From assembly GCA_963745025.1 (NCBI GenBank), contig CAVUWD010000016.1:1024001-1088000 (forward strand): DNA of 64,000 bases, in the 5' to 3' direction. A program made the position numbers and the translations under genes. This document shows, one piece after another, positions 18,647 through 28,143 of the stretch. Under the pieces are notes generated by a model that had not been told where the DNA came from, did not search any database, and saw only the letters and a list, made by a program, of their open reading frames with translations. Each line of letters starts with the position of its first letter. Position 1 is the stretch's first letter. This stretch comes from an uncultured delta proteobacterium (GTDB lineage: Bacteria; Desulfobacterota; Binatia; JACPRU01).

Positions 18647-19900
18647 GTGATGGGGAAAGCAGCGAAAGGAAAAGCGGTGCCTCGGCGTCCGCCGGTCGAG
18701 CCTTCGTGGGCGGATCCCCCGCTGTGGAGCACGTGGCTACTCGGTTTGGCGGCAGTTGCCGGGTTGATCCTCGGCTCGGTCTCAACGTGGGTCCATCACC
18801 GGATTCTGTCTTCCGGCGGCGCCTACACGAGCTTCTGCAACGTCAACGAGATCATCAACTGCGACAGCGTGGTGACGAGCCCCTACGGTTCGCTCTTCCG
18901 CGTGCCAGTATCGGTCTGGGCAATGGGCTTTTACGGAATTCTCCTCGTTTTGGCCGTCGCTGCCTCAGGCCCGCCTTCGCCGCGTCGCGATCGCGCTCGA
19001 GCAGACGCGTTCGCTTGGGCCGTTGCGGGAAGCCTCTTTTCCGCATATCTGGCCATCATCTCGGCCTTCGTGCTCAAAGCCCTTTGTCTCATCTGCGCCG
19101 GCCTCTACACGGCGAGCACCGTCGCGTTGGGCGCCGCAGGGATCCAGGCATCGCCGCTTCGAGAAGCGGCCCGAAGGCTTCTGGAGCGCTGGCGCGCGGT
19201 GCGCAGCCATCCGGCGTTGGCGACGGCGGTGGTCGGCACCGTCATCGGCGTCTTCGTCGCCTCGGGATGGCTCGGCGCGCAGACTCGGCTCACCCGCGAG
19301 CAGGTCTTCCGCTCGAACCCGCAATTCTACGACTGGTACACGGGCCAGCCGATCATCGACACTCCAATCGGCGGCGGCTATGCGCAGGGCCCCGAGAACG
19401 CGCCGATCCAGCTCGTCGAATTCTCCGACTTCGAGTGTCCTCATTGTGCGCAGGCCTACGTCACGCTGAAGGATCTGCTGCCTCGGTACCAGAATCAAAT
19501 TCGGTTCACGTACCATCACTTTCCCCTCTCCAACGATTGCAATTCCGCGATCAGCCAGAAGGGACACGAGCACGCCTGCCGCGCGGCGGTGGCGGGGGAC
19601 TGCGCGGCGCAACAAGGCCGCTTTCCACCGTACGCGAACCTGCTCTTCGCCAACCAGGGGAACCTCGACGACAAATCGCTCTCGAGCTACGCCAAGCAGG
19701 CGGGACTCGACGTCGATGCGTTCGAGAAGTGTATGAGCTCGACGGCGGCCGCGGAGCGGGTCGCCGACGACATCAAAGAAGGTCAGAAGGCGGGCGTGCG
19801 TTCGACGCCGACGTTTTTCATCAACAGCCGTAAGGTCGAAGGAAACATGACGTTCGAGAACTGGCTCTTCGCCTTCGCGGTCGAGCTCGACAAGGGCTGA
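18647..19900 (+). CDS. VKOR-DsbA (thioredoxin) fusion
   Basis: VKOR loop cysteines and CLIC; thioredoxin FSDFECPHC, HFPL, GVRSTPTFFIN. Confidence 0.9.
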   Translation: MMGKAAKGKAVPRRPPVEPSWADPPLWSTWLLGLAAVAGLILGSVSTWVHHRILSSGGAYTSFCNVNEIINCDSVVTSPYGSLFRVPVSVWAMGFYGILLVLAVAASGPPSPRRDRARADAFAWAVAGSLFSAYLAIISAFVLKALCLICAGLYTASTVALGAAGIQASPLREAARRLLERWRAVRSHPALATAVVGTVIGVFVASGWLGAQTRLTREQVFRSNPQFYDWYTGQPIIDTPIGGGYAQGPENAPIQLVEFSDFECPHCAQAYVTLKDLLPRYQNQIRFTYHHFPLSNDCNSAISQKGHEHACRAAVAGDCAAQQGRFPPYANLLFANQGNLDDKSLSSYAKQAGLDVDAFEKCMSSTAAAERVADDIKEGQKAGVRSTPTFFINSRKVEGNMTFENWLFAFAVELDKG

Positions 19901-19902
19901 AC

Positions 19903-19972
19903 GCGGCCATCGGCTTTCGACAGATCTCGGAGCGTCCTTGTCGATAGCGGATCGCCGACGGCTGATCGTCGG
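19903..19972. repeat. Heptamer-armed palindromic element, copy 5 (degenerate)
   Basis: gcggcca-tcggctt arm, core tcgacagatctcggagcgtccttgtcga, then tagcgga-tcgccga-cggctga arm. Confidence 0.65.
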
Positions 19973-19993
19973 TCACGGCCGGTCGCGCGTCCG

Positions 19994-20767
19994 CTACCGA
20001 CCCTTCCAAACGGGCTTGCGCTTCTCGGCGAAGGCGCGCGGCCCTTCGCGGGAATCCTCCGAGGCCCAGAGCCGCTTCTCGCCCTCGAGGTGAGTTTCCA
20101 TCGCCTCCTGGACGGAGAGGTGCAGGCTCCCCATGGCCGCCTCCTTGCTCGCTCGGACGGAGAGCGGCGAGCACTCGAGAATCTCCTTCGCCCAGCGTTC
20201 GGCCGCGGTCAGCAAGTCCTTGGCCGGGACGACCTCGTTGACGATGCCGAGCCGATGGGCCTCGGCGGCGGTAATGTGTCTGCCGGTCAGCATCATGCCC
20301 ATGGCGATCTTCAGCGGAATCTGGCGCGGCAGACGATGCACGCCGCCCGCCGCCGCCATCAACCCGACGCGGGGCTCGGGAACGCCGAAGCGGGCGTGCT
20401 CGGCAGCGATGATCAAGTCGCAGGCGAGCGCGATCTCGAAGCCTCCGCCGAGCGCGAAGCCGTTGACCGCCGCGATCAGCGGCTTGACGAGGTCGAACCG
20501 TCGCGTGATCGCTCCGAACCCGTTCTTCGGCAACGTGGGCACGCCGTGCTGCGTCGTCCACTTCAAGTCGTTGCCGGCGGAGAACGCCTTGTCGCCCGCG
20601 CCGGTCAAGATCGCGACCCACGTTTCGGAGTCCGCGGCGAAGTCGTCGAAGATCCGGTCGAGCTCCGCGTGGCAGGGCGGGTGGAGAGCGTTCATCACTT
20701 CGGGGCGGTTCAGCGTGATGAAGCCAATGCGATCGCGCTTTTCGTACTTGGTGAATTCGAGATTCAT
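19994..20767 (-). CDS. Enoyl-CoA hydratase/isomerase family (CaiD-like)
   Basis: AFSAGNDL, AVNGFALGGGFE, FGVPE, AFAEKRKP. Confidence 0.93.
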   Translation of the reverse strand: MNLEFTKYEKRDRIGFITLNRPEVMNALHPPCHAELDRIFDDFAADSETWVAILTGAGDKAFSAGNDLKWTTQHGVPTLPKNGFGAITRRFDLVKPLIAAVNGFALGGGFEIALACDLIIAAEHARFGVPEPRVGLMAAAGGVHRLPRQIPLKIAMGMMLTGRHITAAEAHRLGIVNEVVPAKDLLTAAERWAKEILECSPLSVRASKEAAMGSLHLSVQEAMETHLEGEKRLWASEDSREGPRAFAEKRKPVWKGR

Positions 20768-20778
20768 GGGTCCTCCTC

Positions 20779-20839
20779 GGCTACCGGCTACAGGCTACAG
20801 GAAAGGATCCCGGTGAGTCATTTCCCGTAGCCGGTAGCC
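20779..20839. repeat. Heptamer-armed palindromic element, copy 6
   Basis: ggctacc-ggctaca-ggctaca arm, core ggaaaggatcccggtgagtcatttcc, then cgtagcc-ggtagcc. Confidence 0.85.
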
Positions 20840-20842
20840 TCC

Positions 20843-22009
20843 TCACAGTCCCGCATCGCGGATCAGCTTCTCTAGCACAGTCTCGGCGCGGAAGAAGCGT
20901 TCCGCCGTGGCGCGCGCGGCTTCGCACTGGCGGCGGTAGTCGCGCTCGATCATCTCGATCGCCGCGACGGCCTCGTCGAGCGTCACGAATCCGAAAATCC
21001 CCTCGCCCTGGGGATATACGCGGGAAAAGCCCGTGTCTTCGACCACCACGGGCTTGCCCATGGCCAGGTAGCAGGCGCTGCGGCAGCTGAACCAGCCGCT
21101 GTGAGTCGCCACGTAGGCCTCTTTCGCGATCGACCATTCGCCACGCGAGCGGGCGATGTAGTCGCGGTAACGCTCCATCGTCGAAGAACACTCGGCCGCA
21201 TCGACGACCCGCCATCCCTCACGGGCGATCTCGTCGCGCGGCGCAGGCCCGGAGAGAGCAAGCTCGAGCGGCATTCCCACCCGCCTCGGTAGGTTCATGA
21301 AGCGACGAAATTCGACGTCTTTCCCGCCGTAGACCTTGCCGCCGAGTGCCGGCAAGGCGGGTTTCGTCTTCCAAGACATGACGGTCGTGAAGCTCCGTGC
21401 CGACCGGTCGAACGTGAATGGCCAATCGTCGAGCGTGATCGGCTGGCGGGTGATCTTCCAGTCGACGCCGCAGCGCGGGATGATGCACGAAGGATCGTCG
21501 ATTGCCTCCGCCATCGTGAAGTAGACGTCGTGCGCGCGAAACCATCCGACGGTGCGGGCCTGGTCTTCGTCCCCGCCTTCTTCTTCGAACGAGCTCACTC
21601 CCGCCTGGGTGTAGAGGGGGTCGCTGTCGTAATACGCCGAGACTCGCGCCCCTCGGTAGGCGTCGCGGAACCAGGCGGCACCCGAGATGTTGAGGAAGAG
21701 GTCCGCTTCTCGGCAGTGCCGGGCAATCTCGGTCTCGCATAGACCGTGGACCACGCCCTTCGGGTCACGAAACGCGAACGAGGACTCCATTCCGGGAACT
21801 CGCGCGAGCACCTGGCGAAGGTAGCGCACGTTGTCGGTTGCATCCTCGGTGAAGGTCGCGAGGCGCGGGTTGTAGGCCCACTGGCCCGTATCCTCGAGAT
21901 ACGTGACCTGACAGCCGAGCGCGACGAATCCCTTGACGAACTGGAGGTAGTCCCAGGCCACGCCGCCGAGGGGATAGTTGCCGATCAGCCCGGTGACGAC
22001 GACCTTCAC
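20843..22009 (-). CDS. Uncharacterised GT-B-like glycosyltransferase, paralog 2
   Basis: YPLGGVAWDYLQ, SGWFSCRSACYLAMGKPVVVEDTGF; the GTG start overlaps the upstream stop. Confidence 0.75.
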   Translation of the reverse strand: MKVVVTGLIGNYPLGGVAWDYLQFVKGFVALGCQVTYLEDTGQWAYNPRLATFTEDATDNVRYLRQVLARVPGMESSFAFRDPKGVVHGLCETEIARHCREADLFLNISGAAWFRDAYRGARVSAYYDSDPLYTQAGVSSFEEEGGDEDQARTVGWFRAHDVYFTMAEAIDDPSCIIPRCGVDWKITRQPITLDDWPFTFDRSARSFTTVMSWKTKPALPALGGKVYGGKDVEFRRFMNLPRRVGMPLELALSGPAPRDEIAREGWRVVDAAECSSTMERYRDYIARSRGEWSIAKEAYVATHSGWFSCRSACYLAMGKPVVVEDTGFSRVYPQGEGIFGFVTLDEAVAAIEMIERDYRRQCEAARATAERFFRAETVLEKLIRDAGL

Positions 22010-23172
22010 AAGCCGGCCGCTTCTAGGATGGGGGCCAGCACACGAGATGCCTCGAAGCATTCGTGAGCGATCTCGCGAGCGGCGGCGGCATGGCCACGAC
22101 AGTCCCCCATCACCACTCGAACTGCTTCCACCGCATCCTCGAGCGAGCGCACCGCAAAGAGCCCGCGCCCGGTCGGTAGCACGTCGGCAAAGCCCGTGTC
22201 TTGCAGGACGACGGGTCTTCCGGCCGCGAGATAGCAGACGCTCCGGTCGCTGAACCAGCCGCTCCGTAGCTCGACGTTCATTCCCTTGGCGGCGGAGAAC
22301 TCTCCCTTCGAGCCCTGGATGTAGCGGCGGTACACTTCGTAATCGAGCGAGACGTCGAGCGGCGGGCGGATCTCCCAGCCGGCGGCGCGGAGGATCTTCT
22401 CGTCTTCCGGAGCCTTGCCGACGTCCATCGCCAGCTCAAAGCGCTCCCCCGTGCGTCGCGGCAGATCGAGGAACTTCGACCACTCGAGGCTCTTTCTCCA
22501 GTGGTGGCGGACGCCGCGAAACACGAGGTCCCGGGCGGTCGAGTCCCACTTGCCGACCGTCGTGAACGGCGCCGAGCCGATCGCCTTCGGGCTTTCCCAG
22601 AGTTCGCAGAGGACAGGGGGCCGCGTCGGACGCCAAGCGATGCCGCCAGTCGGGAGCGGGCAGCGCTCGGTGCCGATGTTCTCACCGAGCGTGAAGAACA
22701 AATTGTGCTCGGCGAGGAGATCGCGAATGAAGGGCGCGTCGTTGTGAAAGTTGATCTGCGTCACGCCCGGATCGATGTCGACGAAGATGCGCGCAGCCGG
22801 CCGCCGCCGACTGCCGAGGCGGTTGACACCCGCGATGTTCACGAAGGCGTCGGCGCTCTCGAAGAGCCGCTCGGTCTCGCCTTTCGGCAAGCCGTGGTAG
22901 GCATCTCGCTCGGCGTCCCAAAACACCCACCGATCCCGCAAGCCGAAACGGCCGAGAATCTCCGCCATGCGCGCCACGCCGTACTCGTAGCGTACGTCGA
23001 CCTGGCCGGCCTCTGGATCGTAGGCGTCAGGATAGAACGCCGAGTCTTCGTAAAAATAAACGTCGCAGCCGAGACGCTCGAATCCGAGCAGATAGTGCAG
23101 CGCCTGCCAGACGTAGCCGCCGATCGGAAACCGCACGAGGTAGCCGGCGACGATGACCCGCGGTCGGCTCAC
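22006..23172 (-). CDS. Uncharacterised GT-B-like glycosyltransferase, paralog 1
   Basis: FPIGGYVWQALHY, SGWFSDRSVCYLAAGRPVVLQDTGF. Confidence 0.75.
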   Translation of the reverse strand: MSRPRVIVAGYLVRFPIGGYVWQALHYLLGFERLGCDVYFYEDSAFYPDAYDPEAGQVDVRYEYGVARMAEILGRFGLRDRWVFWDAERDAYHGLPKGETERLFESADAFVNIAGVNRLGSRRRPAARIFVDIDPGVTQINFHNDAPFIRDLLAEHNLFFTLGENIGTERCPLPTGGIAWRPTRPPVLCELWESPKAIGSAPFTTVGKWDSTARDLVFRGVRHHWRKSLEWSKFLDLPRRTGERFELAMDVGKAPEDEKILRAAGWEIRPPLDVSLDYEVYRRYIQGSKGEFSAAKGMNVELRSGWFSDRSVCYLAAGRPVVLQDTGFADVLPTGRGLFAVRSLEDAVEAVRVVMGDCRGHAAAAREIAHECFEASRVLAPILEAAGL

Positions 23173-23272
23173 AGGTTCTCAGCGCAGCACAGTCGCAACC
23201 GAAGCGTGGTTGCGTACCGCGGCCTCGTATCTCATGTCTTTGTGCAAAACAGCGAAATCCTGCCCTAACCGA

Positions 23273-25084
23273 TCAGTCCCCGATCCCCATGAACTCGCCG
23301 CCCTTCCCTTCTTGCAATCGCACCAGTCGAGCGAAGAACCCCTGCTCTCGGACGAGCATCTCGTAGCCGCCACGCTCGACGATGCGGCCCTCGCGGATCA
23401 CCAGAATCTGGTCGGCGTCGCGTACCGTCGAGAGTCGGTGTGCGATGATGAAGATCGTGCGCCCCTCGATCAGAGTCTTCAGGCCCGCGAGCAGCAGGGC
23501 CTCGGTCTCGGCGTCGATCGACGCGGTCGGCTCGTCGAGGATCAGGATCGGGGCATCACGAAGCAGCGCCCGTGCGATCGTCAACCGCTGCCGCTCGCCC
23601 TCCGACACGTTGGCCCCCCCTTCGCCGATGCGGGTGTCGAGCCCCTCCGGCAGCCGGTCCAGAAACGGTGTGAGCTGGGCGAGCGCCGCCGCCCGCGCAA
23701 TCTCCTCCGCGCTCGCACCCGGCTTGCCGTACGCGATGTTCTCGCGCACGGTCGCGGAAAACACGATCGGCGGCTGGAGCACCATCGCGATGTTGCGACG
23801 CAGCATCGGCAGCTGGAATTCACGCAGGTCGACGCCATCGAGCAGCACGCGGCCCGAGCGCGGATCGTAGAATCGCGGCAAGAGACTCACCAGCGTCGAC
23901 TTGCCGGCGCCGGTCGGGCCGACCAGCGCGACGGACGAGCCCGCTGGCGCCGTGAACGATACGTCGGCGAGCACCGAGCGTTTGCCATCGTAGGAAAACT
24001 CGACCTCCTCGAAGCGGATTTCACCGCGGAGCTTCGCTCGCTCGAGCACCCGTGGCCCACTAGTGACGACTTCCGGCGCCTCGAGGATCTCGAACACTCG
24101 CCAAATGCCGGCCTTCGCGCTCTGGATCGTGCTGTAGGTCTGACTGAGCGAATTGACCGGGGCGTAGAGCGCCGTGACATAGCCGAGAAAGACGAGAACG
24201 TCGCCGACGCTCATCTTCCCGTCGAGCACGCGCGTGGCTCCGATCCAAAGAACGAGAGCGGAGCCGGCAGCGATCAGGGTGCTGACGAGACCGGAGTAGA
24301 GGGTTTGCACGAGGTAGAGCCGCCGGCTCGCGGAGAGGCTTGCATAGCTCTGGTCGATGAAACGGCGGTGCTCGGCCTCCTCCTGCGTAAACGCCTGAAC
24401 GACACGGATTGCCGACAGGCCGTGCTGAAGGACCGAGTACACGCCGCTCTCGAGCTCGCGCGCCGAGATCGACTCGTCGGTGACGCGGCCGATCATGCGC
24501 TGGATGGCCAGGTAGAGAACCGGGCAGACGGCCAAGGCGACGAGCGTCAATAGCCAGTCGATGCGCACGAGCACCACGGTCATGCCGACGAGGAACATGG
24601 TGGCGCTCACGACGGGAAAGATTCCGTTCATCGTCAGCGTCTGGATCGCGTAGGTGTCCGCCGTCAGGCGGTAGAGAAGATCGCCGACCTGCCGGTTGAC
24701 GTGGAAGGAGAGCGACAGCCGCTGCAGGTGCTGGTAGAGGTCGCTGCGGAGATCGTTGACCATTCGCTGGCCGATGGTGATCGTCGTCTGGTTGTTCCAG
24801 TACGAGAGGGCGGCGAGCATCGCCTGAAGGCACACCAGGGAGAGCGCGCAGCCGACGAGCAACGCCGGCTTGCCGAGCGTCGCGTCGACGCCGAATGGCA
24901 GCAGCCGGTCGCCGAGCACGTTGTCCACGACGATCTTCAGCGGCCAGGGGCGAAGCAGATCGAATGCGCTCATCAGGGCGACCTGGCCGAGCGCGAACGC
25001 GAACGGGGCCCGGTACGGGCGCAGGTAGTGGACGAGCCGCCGCGCGAGCGGCGGCCGTGCGCGGTGAGCAGAGGATTCGCTCAT
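23273..25084 (-). CDS. ABC exporter, fused TMD-NBD (MsbA/NdvA-like)
   Basis: GPTGAGKS, SEGERQR, ILILDE, IAHRLST; ATGA overlap with the upstream gene. Confidence 0.92.
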   Translation of the reverse strand: MSESSAHRARPPLARRLVHYLRPYRAPFAFALGQVALMSAFDLLRPWPLKIVVDNVLGDRLLPFGVDATLGKPALLVGCALSLVCLQAMLAALSYWNNQTTITIGQRMVNDLRSDLYQHLQRLSLSFHVNRQVGDLLYRLTADTYAIQTLTMNGIFPVVSATMFLVGMTVVLVRIDWLLTLVALAVCPVLYLAIQRMIGRVTDESISARELESGVYSVLQHGLSAIRVVQAFTQEEAEHRRFIDQSYASLSASRRLYLVQTLYSGLVSTLIAAGSALVLWIGATRVLDGKMSVGDVLVFLGYVTALYAPVNSLSQTYSTIQSAKAGIWRVFEILEAPEVVTSGPRVLERAKLRGEIRFEEVEFSYDGKRSVLADVSFTAPAGSSVALVGPTGAGKSTLVSLLPRFYDPRSGRVLLDGVDLREFQLPMLRRNIAMVLQPPIVFSATVRENIAYGKPGASAEEIARAAALAQLTPFLDRLPEGLDTRIGEGGANVSEGERQRLTIARALLRDAPILILDEPTASIDAETEALLLAGLKTLIEGRTIFIIAHRLSTVRDADQILVIREGRIVERGGYEMLVREQGFFARLVRLQEGKGGEFMGIGD

Positions 25085-27633
25085 GCGCGTTTTCCGACGG
25101 GGAACAGGTTCATCTTCTGGGCGACGATCTCCAGTACGTGGTGGAGGATCTGCCCGAGCCGGTAATTCTTGTAGAAGAGGAGGCCCAGATTGATCACCCC
25201 GAGCACGATCGCGAAGGTGATCATCTCTCGCACCGAGAACACCACGCCCGCCGTGATCAGCAGAGCGCAAGCACCGAGCGTCAGCAGCGCGACGCCGGAC
25301 AAGCGCTGACGGCACCGCACGCGGAGGAAGCGCTTGTTTCCCCCGTGGTTTTCAACCGCGACCGCGATCTCCGAGCGCGCGAAGGCCCCACGGTGAACCT
25401 CGATGTCCCAGTCGTTCCAGCCGCGATCGACGTCGATCAGGTACTTGCGGGGCAGCAGAAAATCCATCAGGCCCTGGATGAGGCTTTCCTTCTCCACCGC
25501 TTCGTCGCTCCAGTAGACGAGCCGGAATTCCCTTGCTAGCCAGCCCTGCGGCTTCTGTCGCGGCTCGGCGAAGCGGACGGGCTCCACGTTGGCAAGGCCG
25601 CGCAACCGCCATTTGTAGCGCTCGTAAGAGCGAAGTAGCGGGCCGAGGTAGATGAGCGATGCGAGCAGCGCGCGACTTCGCCAGTCCTGGTAGCGGGGGT
25701 CGAGCTTTCGTCCCGACGCGAGCGCCGCAGCGGCCGCCCAGGAGATTGCCAGCGGAACGAACGACGGCACGATGTAGCGCCCCGACACGATCGCGCAGAC
25801 GCAGAGAAACAGCGCCACGACCGCCCACTCGAGCGTAAACGGAAGATACGAGAGCAGCGAACTCGGCGGCTCGTAGAGCGTCTGGAAGAGCCCCCTGCCG
25901 AACGGGCCATAGTAGATCACCGGTCGGCGCGATAGCAGCCCGGAGGGCGAATCGCCGTAGATCCGTCCGAGCCAACGCGATTGGCCGAGCATGTTGAAGC
26001 GGTACGGGTGCTTGAAGTAAAGCAGCGCTTCCGCCTTGCCATAGCCACGCTGTTGGCGCAGGTACGCCTTCACGGTGTTGCGGCGGAAATGCCATACCAT
26101 CGCGGCGGGGCTGAAGCCGATCTGCCAGCCGCGGTTCTGCAGCCGCCAGCAGAGATCTACGTCGTCCCCCGCCGAGGTGAAGACCGGGTCGAAGCAATTG
26201 ACCTGGCGCAGGGTCTCGCGGCGAAACGCCATGTTGCAGCCGGGAATGTGCTCGGCGATGTCGTCGTTGACGAGAACGTGGGTCGGTCCGCCCGGCGCAA
26301 CCGCCACGCACGCCGGCACACGCGAGTCCTCCGGCGGCGGCAGGTTCGGCCCGCCGGCCGCCAACCAGCCGTGACGCTGCATCGCGCCGATCAGGTACGT
26401 CAACCAGTCGGGATCGACCACGCAGTCCGAATCCGTGAACACGACGTACTCGCCCGTGGCGGCCTCGATGCCGACGTTGCGGGCGATCGACAGACCCTTG
26501 TTCTCCTGGTGGATGACGCGAAACGGAAAGCGCTGCCCGATCTCGAGGGTCGCATCCTTCGACCCGTCGTCGACGACGATCACCTCGAAATTCGGGTAAC
26601 GCAGCTGAAGCAGCGACTGCAGGCAAGCCTCTATCGTGGATTCGGCGTTGTATGCGCAGATCACCACCGAAGCCTTCGGCGGGTTCGGCAGCGGGGGCGG
26701 CAGTGGGCCGCGGTAGATGTCGCGCACCGAGTGAAACGCCGGCTTCGGTGTACGGTCCCGCCGGACCAGTCCGAAGGCCCAGTCGTCGACGTAGACGCCG
26801 TTGGTGAACCACTCGTCGGTCCACGCGAAGATGAACGTTCCCGCCACGCCGCCCTCGAACGCGGCGCGAATTTGCCACGAGAGGGTCTCGGCCTGCGTAT
26901 CCGCCCCCTCGCGGATCGAGTCGATGCCGAACTCCGTCAGCACGAGCGGCTTGTCCTCGGCGAGGTTCTGCAACCGCGCGAGGTAGCGGCGGAATGCGCC
27001 CTCGTCGTGGAGGTAGACGTTGAAGCAAACGAAATCGATGCAGTCGACGTCGAGGTACTCGGTCGAAGGGAAGTTCGCGTAACTGACCAGAGCGTCCGGA
27101 TCGAGGCCGCGAACGTCGTCGGCCAGCGAGCGCAAGAACTTGCGCACGCGATCCGGTCCGCACCACCGAACCACGTCGGGGGGAATCTCGTTGCCGAGCG
27201 AATACGCGAGGATCGCACGGTGGCCCGCGATCGGACGCACTGCGTCGCGCATGAACCGGCGGTTCGACTCCGTCATCTCCTCGGAGTCGAGAAAGCAGGC
27301 TTGCCAGGTCCAGTCGATCCCGACGAAGACCCAGAGGGCGGATTCCGCGGCGAGGTCGAGCATCCAGCGCGGCGGCGGAGTGAACGTGCGCACGCAGTTC
27401 GCGCCGAGCTCGCGGATGGCAGCGAAGTCATGATCGACCTGATCACGCTCCGGGAACCGCGCGCCGTGCGTGCCGGCCGTAAAGGGACCATAGGTCACGC
27501 CACGGACGAAGACCTTCTCCCCGTTGTGGAAGAAGAACTTACCGGCAACTCGCGGCCGGCCGCGCTCCGCGACCTCGGGGGACTCGGAGGCGACCGCCGA
27601 CCGCGCCACCACCGCCAGGTTTGCCTTCGCCAT
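25081..27633 (-). CDS. Glycoside hydrolase (TIM barrel, clan GH-A-like) - GT2 glycosyltransferase fusion with C-terminal TM segments
   Basis: GNE and LTEFG (candidate acid/base and nucleophile), VDDGS, TDSD, GDDVD, RQQRGY. Confidence 0.85.
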   Translation of the reverse strand: MAKANLAVVARSAVASESPEVAERGRPRVAGKFFFHNGEKVFVRGVTYGPFTAGTHGARFPERDQVDHDFAAIRELGANCVRTFTPPPRWMLDLAAESALWVFVGIDWTWQACFLDSEEMTESNRRFMRDAVRPIAGHRAILAYSLGNEIPPDVVRWCGPDRVRKFLRSLADDVRGLDPDALVSYANFPSTEYLDVDCIDFVCFNVYLHDEGAFRRYLARLQNLAEDKPLVLTEFGIDSIREGADTQAETLSWQIRAAFEGGVAGTFIFAWTDEWFTNGVYVDDWAFGLVRRDRTPKPAFHSVRDIYRGPLPPPLPNPPKASVVICAYNAESTIEACLQSLLQLRYPNFEVIVVDDGSKDATLEIGQRFPFRVIHQENKGLSIARNVGIEAATGEYVVFTDSDCVVDPDWLTYLIGAMQRHGWLAAGGPNLPPPEDSRVPACVAVAPGGPTHVLVNDDIAEHIPGCNMAFRRETLRQVNCFDPVFTSAGDDVDLCWRLQNRGWQIGFSPAAMVWHFRRNTVKAYLRQQRGYGKAEALLYFKHPYRFNMLGQSRWLGRIYGDSPSGLLSRRPVIYYGPFGRGLFQTLYEPPSSLLSYLPFTLEWAVVALFLCVCAIVSGRYIVPSFVPLAISWAAAAALASGRKLDPRYQDWRSRALLASLIYLGPLLRSYERYKWRLRGLANVEPVRFAEPRQKPQGWLAREFRLVYWSDEAVEKESLIQGLMDFLLPRKYLIDVDRGWNDWDIEVHRGAFARSEIAVAVENHGGNKRFLRVRCRQRLSGVALLTLGACALLITAGVVFSVREMITFAIVLGVINLGLLFYKNYRLGQILHHVLEIVAQKMNLFPVGKRA

Positions 27634-27748
27634 GGATCAGCGGAGAGGTTTCGGGGGCGCGTTCATCGAGAGAGGACAATTTACCAAACCGAGACGACCG
27701 TTCAAGCCGAGTCCTTGCGCACGGCGGTGCGATTTGTGAAGAAAAATC

Positions 27749-28141
27749 ATGCCTTTGCTCCACCCCAAGCATTTTTCTCTGGAGGAAGCACGCGTCGCGC
27801 TGGCCGAAGTCCAGCCGCTCGTCGAGGAGCTCGTCGTTCTCAAACGAAAGCTCGACGGTCGCGGCTTCGACATCCACCGCCACGGCTACTTCGGAGGCAC
27901 CGGACCGAACGGCGAGCGCTACTTCCCAAGCGAGCTCGAGCGCCTGGTGGAGATCCTCAAGCGGCTCGATGCGATCGGCGTAATCGTGAAGGGCATCGAC
28001 CAGGGGCTCGTCGACTTCCCCCACATCCGCTCGAGCGGTGAGGAGGTCTATCTTTGTTTTCGCGTCGGTGAAACTGACGTCGCTTTCTGGCATTCGATCG
28101 AGGAGGGGTTCGCCGGCAGGCGACCCATCCGAGAGCTCTGA
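27749..28141 (+). CDS. DUF2203 family protein
   Basis: FSLEEA...GLVDFP...VYLCF..GE...FWH..EGFAGRRPI. Confidence 0.85.
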   Translation: MPLLHPKHFSLEEARVALAEVQPLVEELVVLKRKLDGRGFDIHRHGYFGGTGPNGERYFPSELERLVEILKRLDAIGVIVKGIDQGLVDFPHIRSSGEEVYLCFRVGETDVAFWHSIEEGFAGRRPIREL

Positions 28142-28143
28142 CG

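Noticed and set aside
18358-19833. 491-aa ORF overlapping VKOR-DsbA
   Set aside because: Only a short part is real (GMC remnant); the rest is an alternate frame of the VKOR gene.
799-20839. Heptamer palindromes as CRISPR array or integron attC sites
   Set aside because: They are dispersed kilobases apart with no repeat-spacer periodicity and no cas genes. There are no RYYYAAC/GTTRRRY ends, and the flanking genes are housekeeping.
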